The notes beneath the pieces are model-generated. The model saw nothing but the letters and a program-made list of their open reading frames with translations, was not told where the DNA came from and searched no databases. From assembly GCA_964270895.1 (NCBI GenBank), contig OZ185449.1: 64,000 nucleotides of DNA; one strand, given 5' to 3'. Position 1 is the stretch's first letter. Each line of letters opens with the position of its first letter. Source of the DNA: Podarcis filfolensis. Its lineage: Eukaryota. Positions 59,516-64,000 of this stretch are shown in pieces. Position numbers and translations under genes: made by a program.

Positions 59516-61086
59516 TATATAGTGATAGAACTAGGGTAAACATGTGCCCTGCTTTGCACAGGAAAGAGACTCCTTCATTTGAAGGCTGTTTTGTCCAGAT
59601 CCACATTAAAGATTAAAAAAAAAAATAGATGAGAGAGAGAGTAGATTTGCATGTAAACTGTTACTTCTTTACTACACTTACCTGCTGAGGAGTAATAATA
59701 CATTCTTATTACAATAGGAACCAAAGAGTCTGTTGGGGGAGGGGATTTAGTTTTGTTTCAAATAGCTTTTTAATTGTTAACTATAATTAATGCCCAAATG
59801 AGTCTCTGGAGTGGGGGGGCATTCAGACATGGGGAATATGCCATAGTCTAAGAGGTGCTAGTGCTTCTTTTCCATTTCCTAGCATCCCTTTCACACTGAC
59901 TGGCTGTCTTCTTTTGGGGTAGTCTGTGTATTTCCCTCCAGATGCTGTGGACTACAGTTCCTATCATCCCCTGTCACTGGCCATGCTGACTGTGACTAGT
60001 GGAAGTTGGAGTCTGCAACATATTGCCTACCTCTTAGAGGGAAGCATCAGCACTGTGAAGAGTTGTTTAGTACAAAAGAAGTTAATTCATCTTGTGTTAT
60101 TGCAGCTTTCCCCAACCTGGTGTCCTCCAGATGTTTCAGTCTCCAGTTCCCATCTGGCCAATAGTCAGGAATGATGGAAGTTGGTATCCAAAACTTCTTG
60201 AGGGCACCAGGTTGAGCAAGACCATGTTAATAAAGAAAGCCAGCATGGAGAGCCAAACAAGGGTTTCCAGATGTTGAACATCAACTCTCAAAATTCCAAG
60301 CCAGCATGGCCCATGGTGAGAAATGCTGGTATGTATAGTCCAACAACACCTAGAAACCCAAGGTTGGAAGGCTGGTGGGTTATAGTGGTCATTGTGTACA
60401 CCACCCTGGTCTCTTTAGAGGAAAGACTGGATATAAATGTAATAAATAAGTTTATAGTTAATGCCACATAATACTTCCTGTCTTTATGCAGGTGTGGGGA
60501 GAAAATACTTAATATCCTAACATTTCAGCTGTACACATAGGAATCTGAAGATTGATGGGTTTCCCCTTATTTGGGCGATGATGCAATTCAGAAGTGATTG
60601 TCTTGCATTGATTCTGCACATTCAAATAAGCCCTTGAACTATCTGATGCATATCTGCATAAACATTAACGATGAGCCTGCAGTAGCACTGCCCAGTTTTA
60701 CTTTCATAGGAAGCTACCTTATACAGAGTCAGATCATTGTCCATCTGCCTCAGTACTGTTGACACTAACTGGCAGCAACTCTCCAGGGTTACAGCTGGGA
60801 ATCTCTCCCACCTGTACCTGGAAATACCAGGGATTGAACCTGGTGCCTTCTGCATGCAAAGAAAATGTTCTACCACTTACTTATATGCCCTTTCCCTTTT
60901 CATACCTCCTGGGCAGAAGGGACAGTTCAGTTTTCTTTTTTCTTCTGTGGCTGATAAATGGAGCATATTCTTGGTTTCTAGTGTGGGATGAAGGAACTGC
61001 ACACAGCAGCCTCATATTGCTGTTGCCAAATGTCCACATTTCTCTGGTGCCACCCGCTCTGCCTCCCTTGGCTCAACAGAGCCTGT

Positions 61087-61087
<1 letters not shown>

Positions 61088-61137
<50 letters not shown>

Positions 61138-61270
61138 ATAGTTGAGTAGGAAGAATGCACCATCCCATACAACAGCCTATGAAATTGTGCACTAGGCCTT
61201 TACTCTATAACATTAGTTCATGTGGTTGTTTGTTTGTTTGTTTGTTTGTTTGTTTGTTTGTTTGTTTGTT
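61088..61270. repeat. (GT)n at 61088-61133 and (TTGT)n at ~61226-61270
   Basis: Seen directly. Confidence 0.95.
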
Positions 61271-63611
61271 TTTTACAGAGTTCAAGCACGTGTCCCTGAC
61301 AAAAAAGATATGTACTGTAGAACTGTGGTCAGAAAATTCCAACTTTACTAAAACAAACACATCAAGTTGCTTCTTTTTTCTCTGAATTTAGTTAGTTTTA
61401 AAAAATGCCTAGCACTGTCCCCTCCTCTTCCACTTGCCCTCGACTGGTTAGTTGGCAGCCAGACAATATTTCCTCTTCAAATTAACTAGGAGGCAAAGCT
61501 TTAAAAAAAATAAAAATGAGGGAAATAGGGTTGGAAGAACAGTCGCTGTGAGTGCATTGTGTCATGACTATTTTTATTCTGCTCCCTTATGATAACTTTT
61601 CACGGAAGGAAGAGGAACTTAAAGAGCAGAGGGCGTGCCAGAGAGGAACTTTGCAGGAATATGTGTGTGTGCGCGTGCACACACACACACACACACACAC
61701 ACACTGCTTCTGACTCACAATTCCTTCACACTCCCTAAGGGAAGAAGGAGCCGATGTTTTTCTTGCCAGGAACAGCTCTTACTGTGGCTTCCTGCTTGAA
61801 GGTTCATAAACAGATGACGTCTAATCTGACAAAAGCCCAGTTCTCTCACTGTAGCGGAAAGCCTGTGTGGAAAGCTGGACCACTTCAGACTTAGAGTGAG
61901 GGCTCATGGAGTTTAGTGATGCCCCATGAAGAATACAGATATTCCCTGCATTGCACATAATGCTCTAATTTAGCCTTATCTCTGCCCTACTTGCATAGGT
62001 GTTTGGGGTGGTGGTGGTATAGACAAGGATGCAGTCATGTGAGTCCTGCCCCCAACCCTGCAGTCTCACCCTGCAGTCTCAAGTGGTACAGCCCAGGACA
62101 GAGTGATGACCCCAGTGAGAACTAGATCATGGTGACTCAATCCTCTGATAACAAAGAGAGTCACTCCTATCCTGACTCATTTCGCCCCCAGGTTACACCA
62201 GCCTTCCCTAGCCATGAGCGGACTACAGTTGAGTTGACTGGGGCTGATGGGGGTTGTATCCTAAGTTGTCTGGAGGGCACTGGCTTGGGTTGCACCCTCA
62301 ACTAATTCCATTTGCTTGGTTTTAAAAAAGAAAGAAAATAAATACCAGAATCTTGCCTTTTAAAACTAACAGGGGCTTCAATTCCAGCTGCCCTCCTAGG
62401 ACACAAATGTATTGCTGGGTGCCCATAAAATAGCTACCAAAACACACAGGCTTGAACCAATTTGAGACAATAGGTCATGTGATACACCATTGGTTCTTCA
62501 GCAGCTTAAAAGTGTGAACAGGAGGGAGAGGTGAAGGGGCTGTCCTGTTGGAGTGGCACTTCAGTTTCTACTTCAACCTGGCTGCTGGTTTTTCTTTCTT
62601 TCTTACAACAGATCACATATTATGGGGGCAATCCTATGGCAGGATCTGATGGGGAGTGGGGTGTAAATTCAACAGGCCTCTGCAGAGCTTGTCTGACTCC
62701 CATAGCGGGAGTCTTTTCCATGAGACGTGCCCGCCACGCTGCTGCAGTTTAATCTAATCTGATGCTACATGCTAGTAAGCAGTAATGCAGTTCCAGATCC
62801 TACTATTGAAGCCTTGCAGTGCATACAGACAGGCATGGGCGTTTCAACACTGGCTGTTTGACCCATTAAGTCCCTGGTTGGCTGGGACACCACTTAAGTT
62901 AGGTCTACTAGACCAAAATTGTAAAGCAATGTGAACTAAAATAGCTTCTGGGACACCTTTGGAATTAGTTTCACAGTGAATCTGACCCTGGCCTTGTGTG
63001 AAAGGATTTCCCATCACCCTGAGAGTCTTCTAACCTGGGAATGCCAAGCATTCAACCTGGAACCTTCTGTGTATAAGGGATATGCTGTACCACTAGGCTA
63101 TAATATGACAAACAATTTTGCTGAAGATGGGAGCAGGGCAACATGACTAAGTCTGGAGTGATTTAACCTTATTACCTGTCTAAACAACTTAGAATTCAGG
63201 GATTCTCTATATGTGGCTGCGCATAATGTAAAACTGCAGCAAAGATTCTTGATATTGGGGTTCCCATGATACCTTATTCCCTCAACCAAGTATAAATTAA
63301 AGCTGAGGCATGATGGAAACACGAAGCACATTTTTATTAACCAACAGTCTATGAGGGATAAATCTTGACAATTTCACTATTAAAGTAACAGAACTTCTGT
63401 CAGAAATGCTGTTTCAGGTTTGAACAATAATTTTACTTCTAAGAACTTTATTTGTTATTCTCCACAACAGAACTGTTTTTTGTTAAAAATATGTCTTCCT
63501 AGAATGGCTGCCCACTTTAACTCTGCCTGTAAAACACCACTAACCCATTTCCATGTCCTTTTCCGTATCCTAAGGCTGTAGGCAATTAAACAGGTTTATC
63601 CTGCTTGACAA

Positions 63612-63704
63612 ACCTCTAAGCACACCCAGCTACTTCTTCTTCTTTGGCGATCAGTCATAGCCGAGTAATCGCCAAAGAAGAAGTAGCTGGGTGTGCTTAG
63701 AGGT
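63612..63704. repeat. Near-perfect inverted repeat (40/37-bp arms, 16-nt loop)
   Basis: 63612-63651 is the reverse complement of 63668-63704 apart from one extra TCT unit. Confidence 0.95.
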
Positions 63705-63716
63705 CATAGCCGAGTA

Positions 63717-64000
63717 GGGACGCGGGTGGCGCTGTGGGTAAAACCTCAGCGCCTAGGACTTGCCGATCGCATGGTCGGCGGTTTGAATCCCCGCGGCGGG
63801 GTGCGCTCCCATCGTTCGGTCCCAGCGCCTGCCAACCTAGCAGTTCGAAAGCACCTTCAGGTGCAAGTAGATAAATAGGGACCGCTTACCAGCGGGAAGG
63901 TAAACGGCGTTCTGTGTGCTGCGCTGGCTCGCCAGATGCAGCTTGTCACGCTGGCCACGTGACCCGGAAGTGTCTGCGGACAGCGCTGGCTCCCGGCCTA
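63717..64000 (+). mobile_element. CpG-rich, probably young Sauria-type SINE of a different subfamily; runs off the window
   Basis: GGGACGCGGGTGGCGCTGTGGGTAAAACC head. Body diverges from the 4497/10574/57330 copies and retains many CpGs. Confidence 0.9.

Noticed and set aside
59682-59729. Minus-strand 48-nt micro-exon with CAG|GTAAGT donor
   Set aside because: Isolated, no partner exons or homology; such hexamers occur dozens of times by chance in 64 kb.

Overview
Vertebrate genomic DNA from a squamate, most likely a lacertid lizard, inferred from Sauria-type SINEs, BovB, L2, CR1 and Penelope fragments and many hAT and Tc1/mariner MITEs. One protein-coding gene is clearly recognisable: AMER1 (WTX/FAM123B) on the + strand. 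It has a CpG-island promoter, a short first exon ending at 6155, a ~6.8 kb intron, a single coding exon (acceptor before 12969, ORF 13053-16370, 1105 aa) and a probable long 3'UTR to about 21.05 kb. The rest of the window has no recognisable protein domain but carries several + strand exon-like segments with good splice sites. By vertebrate synteny these may be upstream exons of ARHGEF9 (collybistin), whose known coding exons are not in the window. Most notable observations: (1) the conserved AMER1 C-terminal tail sits out of frame behind the stop codon; (2) upstream ORFs occupy all three frames, and one is separated from the main ORF by a single TGA; (3) two downstream exons splice into an open frame with a motif resembling the APC-binding region of Asef2, and this frame is also compatible with AMER1 exon 1; (4) a minimal hammerhead ribozyme lies in a Penelope fragment; (5) a template-switch-like hairpin abuts a young SINE. 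Repeat family names and comparisons to human proteins come from recalled sequences, not database searches, and boundaries of old repeats are approximate.
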